From Candidatus Pacearchaeota archaeon (GTDB taxonomy: Archaea; Nanobdellota; Nanobdellia; Pacearchaeales; GW2011-AR1), in the NCBI GenBank assembly GCA_038869755.1, contig JAWCQN010000001.1:33876-97875 (forward strand): a stretch of 64,000 nt of DNA. Reading direction: 5' to 3'. The notes under the pieces were generated by a model. The model did not search any database. It worked only from the letters and a program-made list of their open reading frames with translations, and had not been told where the DNA came from. The position numbers and the translations under genes are program-made. Shown piece by piece: positions 1 through 9,444 of the stretch; position 1 is the first letter of the stretch, and each line of letters opens with the position of its first letter.

Positions 1-1
1 A

Positions 2-433
2 GAGTATGAAATAGAATTAGAACCAAAAGATGCTTTTCAGGAAAGGGACCCTTCCCTAGTAAAACTAATTCCATTAAAGATATTTAGTGAAAAAAATATT
101 TCGCCAAAATCTGGAATGGTGCTGGCTTTAGATAATACGCTTGTAAGGATTATTAGTGTTTCCGGCGGAAGAGTTTTGGTTGATTTCAATAACCCATTAT
201 CTGGTAAAATAATAGTCTACAAATATAAAATATTAAAGATAGTTGAAGATTTACGTGAAAAAATAACCTCCCTCTTTGATTACTTCCTAAAAGAAAGGTT
301 AAAATTTGAGGTAAAAGATAAAGTAGTTGAAGTTGAATGTGATAAAAAATATTCTTCTTTTATAAATATGCTTAATGAAAAGTTTAAAGATGCCTTGGGA
401 GTAGAATTAATAATAAAAGAAAAAGGTAACTAA
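2..433 (+). CDS. FKBP-type peptidyl-prolyl cis-trans isomerase, 3' portion (gene starts upstream of the window)
   Basis: The reading frame is open from position 2. The FGERDPSLV and VDFNNPLSGK motifs match archaeal long FKBP/SlyD-type PPIases. Confidence 0.7.
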   Translation, partial: EYEIELEPKDAFQERDPSLVKLIPLKIFSEKNISPKSGMVLALDNTLVRIISVSGGRVLVDFNNPLSGKIIVYKYKILKIVEDLREKITSLFDYFLKERLKFEVKDKVVEVECDKKYSSFINMLNEKFKDALGVELIIKEKGN

Positions 434-518
434 TAGATAAATCCAAAAAAGAGGTTATATTAAAAAATAAGGATTTATCACAAATTATTCTTTATGGGAA
501 ATATTGTATGCCAATTAA

Positions 519-602
519 TGCGGGAGATAGGATTCGAACCTATGCAAGCACTAAGCTATCACGGCCTAAACGTGACCCGTTTGACCACTCCGGCACTCCC
601 GC
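519..602 (-). tRNA. tRNA-Leu (anticodon UAG), type II tRNA with a long variable arm
   Basis: Cloverleaf folds by eye. Acceptor GCGGGAG/CTCCCGC, anticodon stem UCACG/CGUGA with loop UUUAGGC, T-arm AUAGG-UUCGAAU-CCUAU, 17-nt variable arm. Confidence 0.85.
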
Positions 603-651
603 GTAAAAAAAGTAGTATAAAAAGGTTTAAAAATACTTTTGTATAGAGAAT

Positions 652-765
<114 letters not shown>

Positions 766-766
<1 letters not shown>

Positions 767-780
767 ATTTTTTTAGAATT
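766..780 (+). terminator. Oligo-T tract after 5S rRNA (archaeal-type terminator)
   Basis: CACCTTATTTTTTT immediately 3' of the 5S terminal helix. Confidence 0.4.
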
Positions 781-805
781 AAAAATGTTTATTAATAAAA
801 TGTAG

Positions 806-1003
806 TTAAAACTTCTTGAATTTTGATGTTAACTCCAATAGATCGATCTGGCCTAAAAATATAGCCCTACAACAATATCTTTCCAAACCCAAATCATCCA
901 TTACTTTTCCTGGATCCTCTCCTGATTCTACTCTTTTCTTAAAATCTTCCCATAAATGAGCTATCGGCTTTCCACATGAAAAACAACGAATTGGTATTAT
1001 CAT
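806..1003 (-). CDS. rpoN: DNA-directed RNA polymerase subunit N (Rpo10/RpoN)
   Basis: MIIPIRCFSCGKPI...GEDP...LGLERYCCR is the canonical Rpb10/RpoN zinc-bundle signature. 65 aa. Confidence 0.9.
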   Translation of the reverse strand: MIIPIRCFSCGKPIAHLWEDFKKRVESGEDPGKVMDDLGLERYCCRAIFLGQIDLLELTSKFKKF

Positions 1004-1073
1004 AATAATCTTATAAAAAAATGCTTTTTAAACTTTTGCAAAAGTTTAAAACTAACAATTAACAAGGCCATAT

Positions 1074-1796
1074 ATGTCAAAATTAATAGAATTAAAAAAT
1101 GTGTCAAAACACTATAAAATGGGAGAGAGTATAGTTAAAGCTCTTGATGGAATTAATATTATCATTGAGAAAAAAGATTTTGTTGCAATTATAGGTCCTT
1201 CTGGAAGTGGTAAAAGCACTGGCATGAACCTTACTGGAAGTTTAGATTATGCAACTAAAGGAGAAGTATATTTAGATGGGCAAAATATTGAAAATCTTTC
1301 TGAAAGTGAACTGGCACAAATAAGGGGACAAAAAATAGGTTTTATATTTCAGAGTTTCAATTTAATACCTAATTTAACGGCTTTGGAAAATGTTGCTCTA
1401 CCCATGATGTTCCAAGGAATTGAAAAAAAAGAAAGAGAAGAAAGGGCTAAAAAAATGATGGAAATAGTCGGGTTAGGAGATAGGATATATCATTATCCAA
1501 ACCAGCTCTCTGGAGGACAACAACAAAGGTTAGCAATTGCAAGAGCATTGGTAAATAACCCTGAAATTATTTTAGCTGATGAACCAACAGGGAATTTAGA
1601 TACAAAAACAGGAGAAATAGTAATAGAATTTCTTGAAAAATTGAATAAAGATGGCAAAACAATAATTTTAGTTACACATGATATAAATCTCGCCATGCGC
1701 TATGCAAAAACAATTTACTGGTTAAAGGATGGTCGTGTTGAAAAACTAACGAAAAAAATTTCTGGAAAGTGGAAAGAAGTGAGTATTTTAAAATAA
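1074..1796 (+). CDS. ABC transporter ATP-binding protein (MacB/LolD-like)
   Basis: Walker A GPSGSGKST, ABC signature LSGGQQQRLAIARAL, Walker B ILADEPTGNLD, H-loop VTHD. Confidence 0.9.
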   Translation: MSKLIELKNVSKHYKMGESIVKALDGINIIIEKKDFVAIIGPSGSGKSTGMNLTGSLDYATKGEVYLDGQNIENLSESELAQIRGQKIGFIFQSFNLIPNLTALENVALPMMFQGIEKKEREERAKKMMEIVGLGDRIYHYPNQLSGGQQQRLAIARALVNNPEIILADEPTGNLDTKTGEIVIEFLEKLNKDGKTIILVTHDINLAMRYAKTIYWLKDGRVEKLTKKISGKWKEVSILK

Positions 1797-1874
1797 ATAA
1801 CCATCGGTATAGAGTAGTGACTAAATAATAGTAACAATAAGAAAGTTTAAATATTTAGGTATTTTAAAATTAAT

Positions 1875-2765
1875 ATGATAAAAAGAAACATGTATAAGTC
1901 CAAGATAATAACAATAGAGATACTATCTGTATTTTTTTCCATAATTGTAATTACTTCAAATATTCCTTTTTCTCAAGCAGTAATTGTTTCAGATGCTTCA
2001 CAAACCAGATTATTTCCTGGAAGTCAAGCAAATCTTCAAGTAATCTTAAAGAATAACTTAAATGAAGATGTAACAGATGTTTCTTTCAATTTGGCATTTG
2101 CAAACACCCAGTTTATTCCTATAGGTGGTAGTGAAACAGGCACTGATGAGATTCGGGAAGGAAAAAGCAAAACATTAAATTTTGTAATAAAGGCTTCTCA
2201 AAATATGGAACCTGGAAATTATAATATTCCCTACACTATAAAATATACTGATGCTAATGACAAGGAAATCCAAAGACAAGGAAGTATAGGTGTGGTTGTA
2301 GATGGAAAAACAGAACTTGATTTCAGTGTTGAAACTGAAAAACCAGTTATTGGTGAAAGAGGAAAAATTACCCTAAAAATAATCAATACAGGTTTTGGGG
2401 ATATTAAATTTGTCAATTTAAAGATTCAACCACAAGGATTTGTTTTGATAAGTAGTGAAAGTGAGTATATAGGAAGTATAGATAGTGATGATTTTGAAAC
2501 ATCAACATTTGAAGTTATTTTTAAAAATGAAAGCGCAAAACTTACAGCAACCATCAATTATAAAGACTTCAATAATAACCCTAAAACAGAGATTATCAAT
2601 CTTCCCGTTACTGTTTATTCAAAAGAAAAAGCAATTGAATTGGGAATTATAGAAAGGGATAACACATGGATTTATGTTTTAATATTTGTTATACTTATAT
2701 TTGGATGGTTTATTTACAGGAGTATAAGGAAGAAAAGAAAAAGAAATCAGATAAAGGAGGCATAA
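1875..2765 (+). CDS. Exported protein with N-terminal signal/TM and C-terminal TM anchor plus basic tail
   Basis: N-terminal hydrophobic segment, beta-rich body, C-terminal TM (WIYVLIFVILIFGWFIY) followed by RSIRKKRKRNQ. Likely co-operonic with the ABC transporter. Confidence 0.5.
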   Translation: MIKRNMYKSKIITIEILSVFFSIIVITSNIPFSQAVIVSDASQTRLFPGSQANLQVILKNNLNEDVTDVSFNLAFANTQFIPIGGSETGTDEIREGKSKTLNFVIKASQNMEPGNYNIPYTIKYTDANDKEIQRQGSIGVVVDGKTELDFSVETEKPVIGERGKITLKIINTGFGDIKFVNLKIQPQGFVLISSESEYIGSIDSDDFETSTFEVIFKNESAKLTATINYKDFNNNPKTEIINLPVTVYSKEKAIELGIIERDNTWIYVLIFVILIFGWFIYRSIRKKRKRNQIKEA

Positions 2766-2778
2766 AAGCCTTCTAAAA

Positions 2779-3993
2779 ATGGTTAAGGACTATTTTTCTT
2801 TAGCTTTTGAAAACCTTAAGCATAGGGGTTTAAGGTCGTGGCTTACTATACTTGGCATATTTATTGGAATTGCTGCAGTTGTATCTCTGATTTCCTTAGG
2901 TAGTGGATTACAAAATGCAATTGTCGGACAATTTGCAACCTTATCTATAGATGTTCTAACAATACAAAATGCAGGCACTGGATTTGGACCTCCTGGTAGC
3001 ACTGTAGTCAAAAAATTAAATGAACATGACCTTAACATTGTTGAATCAACAGATGGAATAAAAATAGCTGTTCCAAGGCTTATTAGGGTAACAAGTGTTG
3101 AATATAATAATGTAAAAAGTTTCAAATATATAGGAAGCATTCCAAAAAATAAAAATCAAAGAGATTTTATTTACAAAGAAATAAATCTAAAAACAGAACA
3201 AGGAAGACTCCTAAATGAAAATGACAGAGGCAGGATATTACTTGGAAATGATTTCTTAGGTGAAGAATTTGGAAAAACAATAAGGATTGGGTCTAAAGTC
3301 TTAATTAATGGCAAGGAATTTGAAGTTACAGGAATACTTGCAAAAACATCCACATTCACTATAAACAATGTTATAATGATGCCCGAAGATGATATGAAAG
3401 ATTTATTAGGTATAGGTAATGAAATAGATCTCATTGTCGCGCAAGTTGAAGATAAAAATAAAATAGAAGAGGTTGCTTTAGATTTAGAAAGAAGATTTAG
3501 AAAAGACCGTGGGTTGAAAGAGGGTGAAGAAGATTTTTCTATTCAAACACCTTTACAGGCTTTAGAGAGTGTTAATACTATCTTGAATGTAATAAATATA
3601 GTAATTATAGGAATTGCAGCTATTTCTCTTTTAGTCGGAGCAATTGGAATTACAAATACAATGTATACATCGGTATTGGAAAGGACAAAGGAAATAGGAA
3701 TTATGAAGGCAATAGGGGCCAAAAACCAAGATATTTTATTTATTTTTTTAATTGAATCTGGACTTTTAGGATTGGTTGGAGGAATTATTGGAGCAATCAT
3801 AGGGTTATGGCTCGCATATTTAGTGAGCCAGATAGCTGGAAGTTTATTAGGGAGTATTAACCTAAAAATCTCTGTTTCATACCCATTATTATTGGGCGCA
3901 GTATTATTTTCGTTTCTTATTGGAATTTTATCAGGTATTTTGCCTGCTTTGCAGGCAAGTAGATTAAAACCAGTTGAGGCATTAAGAAAATGA
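2779..3993 (+). CDS. ABC transporter permease, FtsX/MacB family (paralog 1)
   Basis: N-terminal TM, large extracytoplasmic domain, C-terminal FtsX-type 3-TM bundle. Stop overlaps the start of paralog 2. Confidence 0.8.
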   Translation: MVKDYFSLAFENLKHRGLRSWLTILGIFIGIAAVVSLISLGSGLQNAIVGQFATLSIDVLTIQNAGTGFGPPGSTVVKKLNEHDLNIVESTDGIKIAVPRLIRVTSVEYNNVKSFKYIGSIPKNKNQRDFIYKEINLKTEQGRLLNENDRGRILLGNDFLGEEFGKTIRIGSKVLINGKEFEVTGILAKTSTFTINNVIMMPEDDMKDLLGIGNEIDLIVAQVEDKNKIEEVALDLERRFRKDRGLKEGEEDFSIQTPLQALESVNTILNVINIVIIGIAAISLLVGAIGITNTMYTSVLERTKEIGIMKAIGAKNQDILFIFLIESGLLGLVGGIIGAIIGLWLAYLVSQIAGSLLGSINLKISVSYPLLLGAVLFSFLIGILSGILPALQASRLKPVEALRK

Positions 3994-5201
3994 TATCAGA
4001 CCATTTTTCATTGGCATGGAAAAACCTTAAGAAAAGGAAATTAAGGGTTTGGCTAACAATGATAGGCATATTTATTTCGGTTGCAACTATCTTCACTTTA
4101 ATTAGCTTATCTTTAGGGTTACAGAACACAGTAAAAAAACAATTTCAAATACTTGGTGGAGATAAATTCTTCATACAACCCAAGGGACAATTTGGACCTC
4201 CTTCTGCAGGATCATCTGTTTTAATGACAAAATCAGATCTAGAAGTAGTTAAAAAGATCAAAGGAGTTAAAAGAGTTAGTTATTGGATTGTAGGAAATGG
4301 GAAAATTGAATTTAATAATGAAAAAAGATTTTTTCCTGTTTACGGTCTGCCTGCCGAAGATATGGATCTCTATACGGAAATTGGTGGATTTGACATAGAT
4401 GAAGGAAGGATTTTGAAAAGTGGAGATAAAGGAAAGGTTGTTATTGGAAACCACTATAAAACAAGAAATATTTTCGGAAAACCTGTAAAAGAAGGAGATA
4501 AATTCCTTATAAATGATAAGGAATTTGAAGTAAAGGGAATATTTGAATTAATTGGCAACCCTGATGATGACAGAAATATATTAATGAGTGCTGAAGATGC
4601 TGAAAAACTCTTTAATACAGGAGGAAGGGTTGATGTTATAACAGTCCAAATATCAGAAGGTGAGGATATAAATAAAATTGCTGAAAATACTGAAAAGTCT
4701 TTGAGGAAATTTAGAGGTGTTAATGAAAAAACACAAGATTTCACAATATTGACGCCTGAAGAAATTTTAGAGACCTTTGGAAATATTTTAAAGGTAATAA
4801 CTGCTTTTCTCGGGGGAATTGCAGCTATTTCTCTTTTAGTCGGAGCAATTGGAATTACAAATACAATGTATACATCGGTATTGGAAAGGACAAAGGAAAT
4901 AGGAATTATGAAGGCAATAGGGGCCAAAAACCAAGATATTTTATTTATTTTTTTAATTGAATCTGGACTTTTAGGATTGGTTGGAGGAATTATTGGAGTG
5001 ATACTTGGATATGGGATTTCAAAAAGTATTGAGTATATTGCATTTTACCAATTAGGAACAACTTTGTTAAGCGTTTCATCTCCTTTATGGTTAGTTTTTA
5101 GTTGTTTGGCATTTGCATTTTTTACAGGAGTAATTGCTGGAACATGGCCTGCCTGGAAAGCATCAAAAATAAATGTAGTCGATGCTTTAAGATATGAATA
5201 A
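3990..5201 (+). CDS. ABC transporter permease, FtsX/MacB family (paralog 2)
   Basis: Same architecture as 2779-3993. It shares an identical 186-nt tract with paralog 1. Confidence 0.8.
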   Translation: MISDHFSLAWKNLKKRKLRVWLTMIGIFISVATIFTLISLSLGLQNTVKKQFQILGGDKFFIQPKGQFGPPSAGSSVLMTKSDLEVVKKIKGVKRVSYWIVGNGKIEFNNEKRFFPVYGLPAEDMDLYTEIGGFDIDEGRILKSGDKGKVVIGNHYKTRNIFGKPVKEGDKFLINDKEFEVKGIFELIGNPDDDRNILMSAEDAEKLFNTGGRVDVITVQISEGEDINKIAENTEKSLRKFRGVNEKTQDFTILTPEEILETFGNILKVITAFLGGIAAISLLVGAIGITNTMYTSVLERTKEIGIMKAIGAKNQDILFIFLIESGLLGLVGGIIGVILGYGISKSIEYIAFYQLGTTLLSVSSPLWLVFSCLAFAFFTGVIAGTWPAWKASKINVVDALRYE

Positions 5202-5298
5202 TTAAAGAAGTATTTGCCTAAAAAGAACTTATGGTGATTATAAATAAATTTAAAAACCAGAGAGTAATTAGTTATACATTAAAAGTATAAAGAGGGTA

Positions 5299-5472
5299 TA
5301 TGACAAAAAAATGTGTTTATTGTAAGACAAATATTTCTGAAAATTCAGTCATAGATTGTTGCGAATCTTGTGGTATTGGTGTTTGGGGGCCAAAAATGTT
5401 TGATACTATCAAAAAAAATATGGAAAATGCCCGTGAAAGAGGGGATATATATCAAGGATCTGTTGGAATTTA
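5299..5472 (+). CDS. Small zinc-ribbon protein (57 aa) with a CxxC...CCxxC motif. Not in the ORF track
   Basis: MTKKCVYCKTN...DCCESCGIGVWGPKMFD... Four Cys in a ribbon arrangement. AT-rich promoter-like sequence upstream. Coordinates +/-1. Confidence 0.45.
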
Positions 5473-5599
5473 ATAAAAATAATTTTTTACTATTTTTATC
5501 AATAATCTCTATGGTTTTTATTCATAGAATTTTAACATGTTAATAAGAAAGGCTTTTAAAGGCACTATTTTTAAATAATTACATAAAATAACAATAACA

Positions 5600-5851
5600 A
5601 TGTCAAAAAAGAAAAGTATAAAGGAACGTGGAAAGGTCAGACTTAGTGAATACTTTAAAACATTAAATAAAGGAGACAAAATTGCGCTAAAAAAAGAAAA
5701 AAGCATTAAAGCAGGATTTCCGGATAGATTCCAAGGTTTGAGCGGAGTTGTTGTGGGAAAACGTGGAAGAAGTTATATTGTCAAAATAAAGGATTTTAAA
5801 AAGGAGAAAACCTTAATAATTTCACCAATACATTTAAGGAAACTAAAATGA
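5600..5851 (+). CDS. rpl21e: 50S ribosomal protein L21e
   Basis: FPDRFQGLSGVVVGKRGRSYIVKI...KEKTLIISPIHLRKL aligns with the L21e C-terminal half (FHPRFDGQTG.V.GK.G.AY.V...KEKTIIV...HLR). The conserved L21e-rpoF-DUF655 gene order supports the call. Confidence 0.8.
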   Translation: MSKKKSIKERGKVRLSEYFKTLNKGDKIALKKEKSIKAGFPDRFQGLSGVVVGKRGRSYIVKIKDFKKEKTLIISPIHLRKLK

Positions 5852-6150
5852 TAAAAAATATGGAACCTATAACTTTAGCAGAAGCAAAAAAACTTGTAGA
5901 AGAAAATGAAGGAAGAGAAGATATTAAGGGGTATTTTAAAAAATTTCTTAAATTAAATGAAAAAGAATCTATTGAAATGAAAAAAGAAATTGAAAATTTA
6001 AATAATCATAAAATAAGGAAAGAAAATATAGTAAAAATCATAGATTTTCTTCCGATTGATGCGTCAGATATAAATAAAATATTCACAGATGTTTCCTTAG
6101 AGGAAAATGAAATTAAACAAATCACTGATATTGTTGCAAAATACAGATAA
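5848..6150 (+). CDS. rpoF: DNA-directed RNA polymerase subunit F (Rpo4)
   Basis: About 100 aa acidic helical protein. It sits in the conserved archaeal position between L21e and the DUF655 HhH protein. Start overlaps the L21e stop. Confidence 0.6.
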   Translation: MIKNMEPITLAEAKKLVEENEGREDIKGYFKKFLKLNEKESIEMKKEIENLNNHKIRKENIVKIIDFLPIDASDINKIFTDVSLEENEIKQITDIVAKYR

Positions 6151-6152
6151 AA

Positions 6153-6692
6153 ATGAAACAGAAAGAAGAATATGCAGTTATCTTAGATTATCTTCCATAT
6201 GGATATCCTTTAGAAGGGAAAATGATGCCGATAGCTCAAGCTATAGGGGAAAATAACTTTACACTTCTTCAATTAATCCCAAGAAAAGGAGTCTCTTTAC
6301 AATTAAAAGAAAGGGTTTACATTGGTGATGGAAAAAGGGACAAGATTTATTATATTTTGGGAAGATTACCGGCAGAAAAATTAACTGAAAATGCAAAACT
6401 TCAACTTGAAGAATTTATTTCAAAAGTCATAGAAATGAAAGAAGCTGAATTCCTTAATTTTTTTAATACAGCAAGTGCAATAAATACAAGGGTTCATCAA
6501 ATAGAACTTTTACCAGGATATGGAAAAAAACATACTAAAGAAATACTGGATGAAAGGGAAAAAAGCCGATTTGCTTCGTTTGAAGATTTAAAGAAAAGAA
6601 TTTCAAGTCTCCCTGATCCAAAAACAGCCATACAAAAAAGAATAATTGAAGAATTGACTGGAAAGGAAAGGCATAGGTTATTTGTAAATTAA
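6153..6692 (+). CDS. DUF655-family putative RNA-binding protein (OB/S1-like N-terminus plus HhH)
   Basis: EYAVILDYLPYGYP...IAQAIGENNFTLLQL N-terminus is typical of the archaeal protein encoded after rpoF. C-terminal helix-hairpin-helix. Confidence 0.65.
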   Translation: MKQKEEYAVILDYLPYGYPLEGKMMPIAQAIGENNFTLLQLIPRKGVSLQLKERVYIGDGKRDKIYYILGRLPAEKLTENAKLQLEEFISKVIEMKEAEFLNFFNTASAINTRVHQIELLPGYGKKHTKEILDEREKSRFASFEDLKKRISSLPDPKTAIQKRIIEELTGKERHRLFVN

Positions 6693-7193
6693 ATGGAAGA
6701 GAAAACAACACAAGTTCATAAAAAACCTGTATCAAAACAAGAAACAGAATCCCTATTCAGGATTCTCCAAACAGACATACCGGGAGAAAAAAATTTATTC
6801 GCGGGGCTCACAAAGATAAAGGGGGCCTCATTTTCAATTGTAACATCGATATGTAAAAATATAGGGATTGACAAAAAACGCAAAATAAATTCATTAACTC
6901 CTGCTGAAATAGATAAAATATCAAAAGAGATAAAAAACCCAAATGTGCCTTCCTTTATAAAAAACAGGAGGTTTGATTTTGAAAGTGGTGAATCCAGACA
7001 TTTAATTACAACAGAGTTAGATTTAACGAAAGAATTTGATATCAAGAGACTTAAAAAAATAAAGACTTATAAGGGAAATAGACATTCAAGAGGCCTTCCT
7101 GTAAGGGGACAAAGAACAAAAAGCCACTTTAGGAAAAAGGGAAAAAGCAGGGTGGTTGGCGTAAATAAAAAATCAGTAGGCAAAAAAGGATAA
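6693..7193 (+). CDS. rps13: 30S ribosomal protein S13 (uS13)
   Basis: GLTKIKGAS...CKNIGI..., KGNRHSRGLPVRGQRTKSHFRKKG. Confidence 0.9.
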   Translation: MEEKTTQVHKKPVSKQETESLFRILQTDIPGEKNLFAGLTKIKGASFSIVTSICKNIGIDKKRKINSLTPAEIDKISKEIKNPNVPSFIKNRRFDFESGESRHLITTELDLTKEFDIKRLKKIKTYKGNRHSRGLPVRGQRTKSHFRKKGKSRVVGVNKKSVGKKG

Positions 7194-7196
7194 AAA

Positions 7197-7724
7197 ATGA
7201 TAAGAAAACATAAAAAATTCAGAAAACCAAAGAAAGCTTACGACATAAATAGGATAAAGCAGGAAAATATAGTTGTTGAAAAATATGGATTAAAAAATAA
7301 AAGAGAAATTTGGAAAGCAAAGGCAAAATTGGATTCAATAAGAAGAAGAGCAAAAAAATTGATTAATGAAAGTGAGGAAAACCAAGAAAAATACCTCAAC
7401 AAACTAAAAGAGATGGGATTTAAAGTAAAAACAATGATTGATGTATTGGCCCTTACAGAAGAAGACATCCTAAAAAGAAGGTTGCAGACTATTGTCTTCC
7501 AAAAAGGAATTGCTACAACTCCGAGGGGAGCAAGACAATTAATTGTCCATAAACACATAAGAATTAATGAAAAAAAAGTTAATATCCCTTCATATCTTGT
7601 TCCAGTAGAAGAAGAGAATAAAATCAGTAAAGTTTTAAAAAACAAAGCAATGGCAGAAAAAAAAGAGAATAACAGAGAAATTGAAAATGAGAATAATCAA
7701 ATAACTATGGAGGTTTCTGCTTAA
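7197..7724 (+). CDS. rps4: 30S ribosomal protein S4 (uS4)
   Basis: [13 protein letters not shown]..., S4 domain [21 protein letters not shown]. Position after S13. Confidence 0.9.
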   Translation: MIRKHKKFRKPKKAYDINRIKQENIVVEKYGLKNKREIWKAKAKLDSIRRRAKKLINESEENQEKYLNKLKEMGFKVKTMIDVLALTEEDILKRRLQTIVFQKGIATTPRGARQLIVHKHIRINEKKVNIPSYLVPVEEENKISKVLKNKAMAEKKENNREIENENNQITMEVSA

Positions 7725-7725
7725 A

Positions 7726-8115
7726 ATGTCAAAAGAAAAAAAAGAATATACGGGTGTATTACATATATATTCTTCTTTCAATAATACAATTGTCCATGTA
7801 ACAGACCTTTCCGGCAGCACTATATCAAGATATTCAGGTGGCATGGTTACAAAACAAGATAGACTAAAGGCAAATCCAACAACGGGGATGTTTTTAGCAA
7901 AAAAAATTGGAGAAGAAATAAAAGAATTAGGAATAACATCTTTATATATTAAAATGAAAGCGAAAACTGGGGCTCCATCAATAGGGCCGGGTGCAAATAT
8001 GGTAGTAAAAACTCTTTCAAAAGATGGATTTAAAATATTAAGTATTTCAGACCTAACAAAAGTACCAAGAGGAGGACCAAAGAAAAAAGGAGGAAGGAGA
8101 GGAAGGAGAGTTTAA
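7726..8115 (+). CDS. rps11: 30S ribosomal protein S11 (uS11)
   Basis: GVLHIYSSFNNTIVHVTDLSG...AKTGAPSIGPGA...GRRGRRV. Confidence 0.9.
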   Translation: MSKEKKEYTGVLHIYSSFNNTIVHVTDLSGSTISRYSGGMVTKQDRLKANPTTGMFLAKKIGEEIKELGITSLYIKMKAKTGAPSIGPGANMVVKTLSKDGFKILSISDLTKVPRGGPKKKGGRRGRRV

Positions 8116-8201
8116 AAAAATGGCAATAAGGCAACAATTTTCCTAAAAATTTCAAAATAAAAAAATAAACCTTTAAAAAGAAACTTAGATTAAAAATAAA
8201 A

Positions 8202-8954
8202 ATGAAAGAAAAATCAAAAAACAGAATAACACTGGTAACAGATGTTAGTGAGAGTCTTGCAAATGCAATAAGAAGAAGTTCCTCTGAGATCCCTGTTCTC
8301 GCGATTAATGAGATTGAATTTCACAAAAATGACTCGGCTTTATATGATGAAATACTTGCCCATAGAATAGGGCTTATTCCATTAACAGACACAAGGAAAA
8401 TAAATGAAATTGAAAAATGTTCCTGTAATGGTAAAGGATGTAATAAATGCCAGATACAAATAACATTAAAGGCCAAAGGACCAACAACAGTTTACTCAGG
8501 AAATTTAAAAGGAGATGTTGGCATCGTCTATGATAAAATACCTATTGTCATATTGGATAAAGACCAAGAACTAGAATTTATAGGATTTGCCAGATTGGGA
8601 AAATCAATTAAACATGCAAAATTCTCTCCGGGTTTGATTTTTTATAGGCATCTCTCTAAAATAACAATAAATAACCCGGATAAATATGAAGAAATAATTA
8701 ATAAACTTGGAAACCATGTTATTTCGCCACAAAAAGGAAAGGTTAAGACTGGTGATGTTATTTACTCTAACAAAGATGTTGATGAAATAGAGTCTATGTT
8801 CGAAAATGAAAAAGATTTTAGTGTTGAACATGGGGAAAAATTAGTTTTTTTTGTTGAATCATGGGGACAAATTGATCCTAAAGACATAATCATTAATGCA
8901 GTTAAATCTCTTGAAAGCAATCTTAAAGAAGTTTTAAAAACAATTAAAAAATAA
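8202..8954 (+). CDS. rpoD: DNA-directed RNA polymerase subunit D (Rpo3)
   Basis: LANAIRRSSSEIPVLAINEIEFHKNDSALYDEILAHRIGLIPL dimerisation domain. Cys cluster CSCNGKGCNKC. Canonical position after S11. Confidence 0.9.
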   Translation: MKEKSKNRITLVTDVSESLANAIRRSSSEIPVLAINEIEFHKNDSALYDEILAHRIGLIPLTDTRKINEIEKCSCNGKGCNKCQIQITLKAKGPTTVYSGNLKGDVGIVYDKIPIVILDKDQELEFIGFARLGKSIKHAKFSPGLIFYRHLSKITINNPDKYEEIINKLGNHVISPQKGKVKTGDVIYSNKDVDEIESMFENEKDFSVEHGEKLVFFVESWGQIDPKDIIINAVKSLESNLKEVLKTIKK

Positions 8955-8963
8955 TTAAGATAT

Positions 8964-9047
8964 GCGAGAGTGCCGGAGTGGTCAAACGGGTCACGTTAAG
9001 GCCGTGATAGCTTAGTGCTTGCATAGGTTCGAATCCTATCTCTCGCA
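8964..9047 (+). tRNA. tRNA-Leu, type II. The anticodon loop reads UUAAGGC, so the apparent anticodon is AAG, which is unusual
   Basis: Near-identical to the minus-strand tRNA at 519-602. It has a compensatory acceptor-stem change (GCGAGAG/CTCTCGC). Position 34 is A instead of U. Confidence 0.75.
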
Positions 9048-9063
9048 TATCATCACTTTTAAA

Positions 9064-9444
9064 ATGAAAAAAACAAGAATTGAAAAAAAATTAAGAAGAA
9101 AAACAAATCCAAATTTAGTTGAAACAATAATAAAGTCTAAAAAAAGCAAAAATTGGCAAAAAATTTCTCATCTAATTTCAATGCCAAAAAGGAAAATGAT
9201 AGTAGCAAATCTTGACGAAATAGATAAACAATCAATTGATGGTGACTTCCTGGTAGTTCCCGGAAAGGTTCTGGGTGTTGGAGAATTAAATAAAAGGGTC
9301 AAAATAAGTGCGTATTCATTTTCATCTTCAGCAAAAGAAAAGTTAAATAATGCTAAAATTGAGGTTTTAACAATTCAAGAAGCAATACAAAAAAATCCTG
9401 AGGCTAAAAATATAAAAATCATAGTCAAAAAATGGAAAGAATAA
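9064..9444 (+). CDS. rpl18e: 50S ribosomal protein L18e
   Basis: Basic N-terminus MKKTRIEKKLRRKTNPNLVETI, L18e-like body. Start placed at the internal Met because the longer ORF overlaps the tRNA. Confidence 0.8.
   Translation: MKKTRIEKKLRRKTNPNLVETIIKSKKSKNWQKISHLISMPKRKMIVANLDEIDKQSIDGDFLVVPGKVLGVGELNKRVKISAYSFSSSAKEKLNNAKIEVLTIQEAIQKNPEAKNIKIIVKKWKE

Noticed and set aside
1493-1696. Antisense ORFs embedded in well-supported genes (examples: 1493-1696, 2231-2416, 2790-3140, 3171-3434, 4454-4927, 23548-24048, 46511-46750, 62257-62556)
   Set aside because: Fully contained on the opposite strand of genes with strong motif support. They have hydrophobic/low-complexity translations typical of AT-rich antisense frames.
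9019-9063. Longer L18e ORF starting at 9019
   Set aside because: It would overlap the 3' end of tRNA-Leu (8964-9047). The internal Met at 9064, with a basic MKKTRIEKK N-terminus, is the conventional L18e start.
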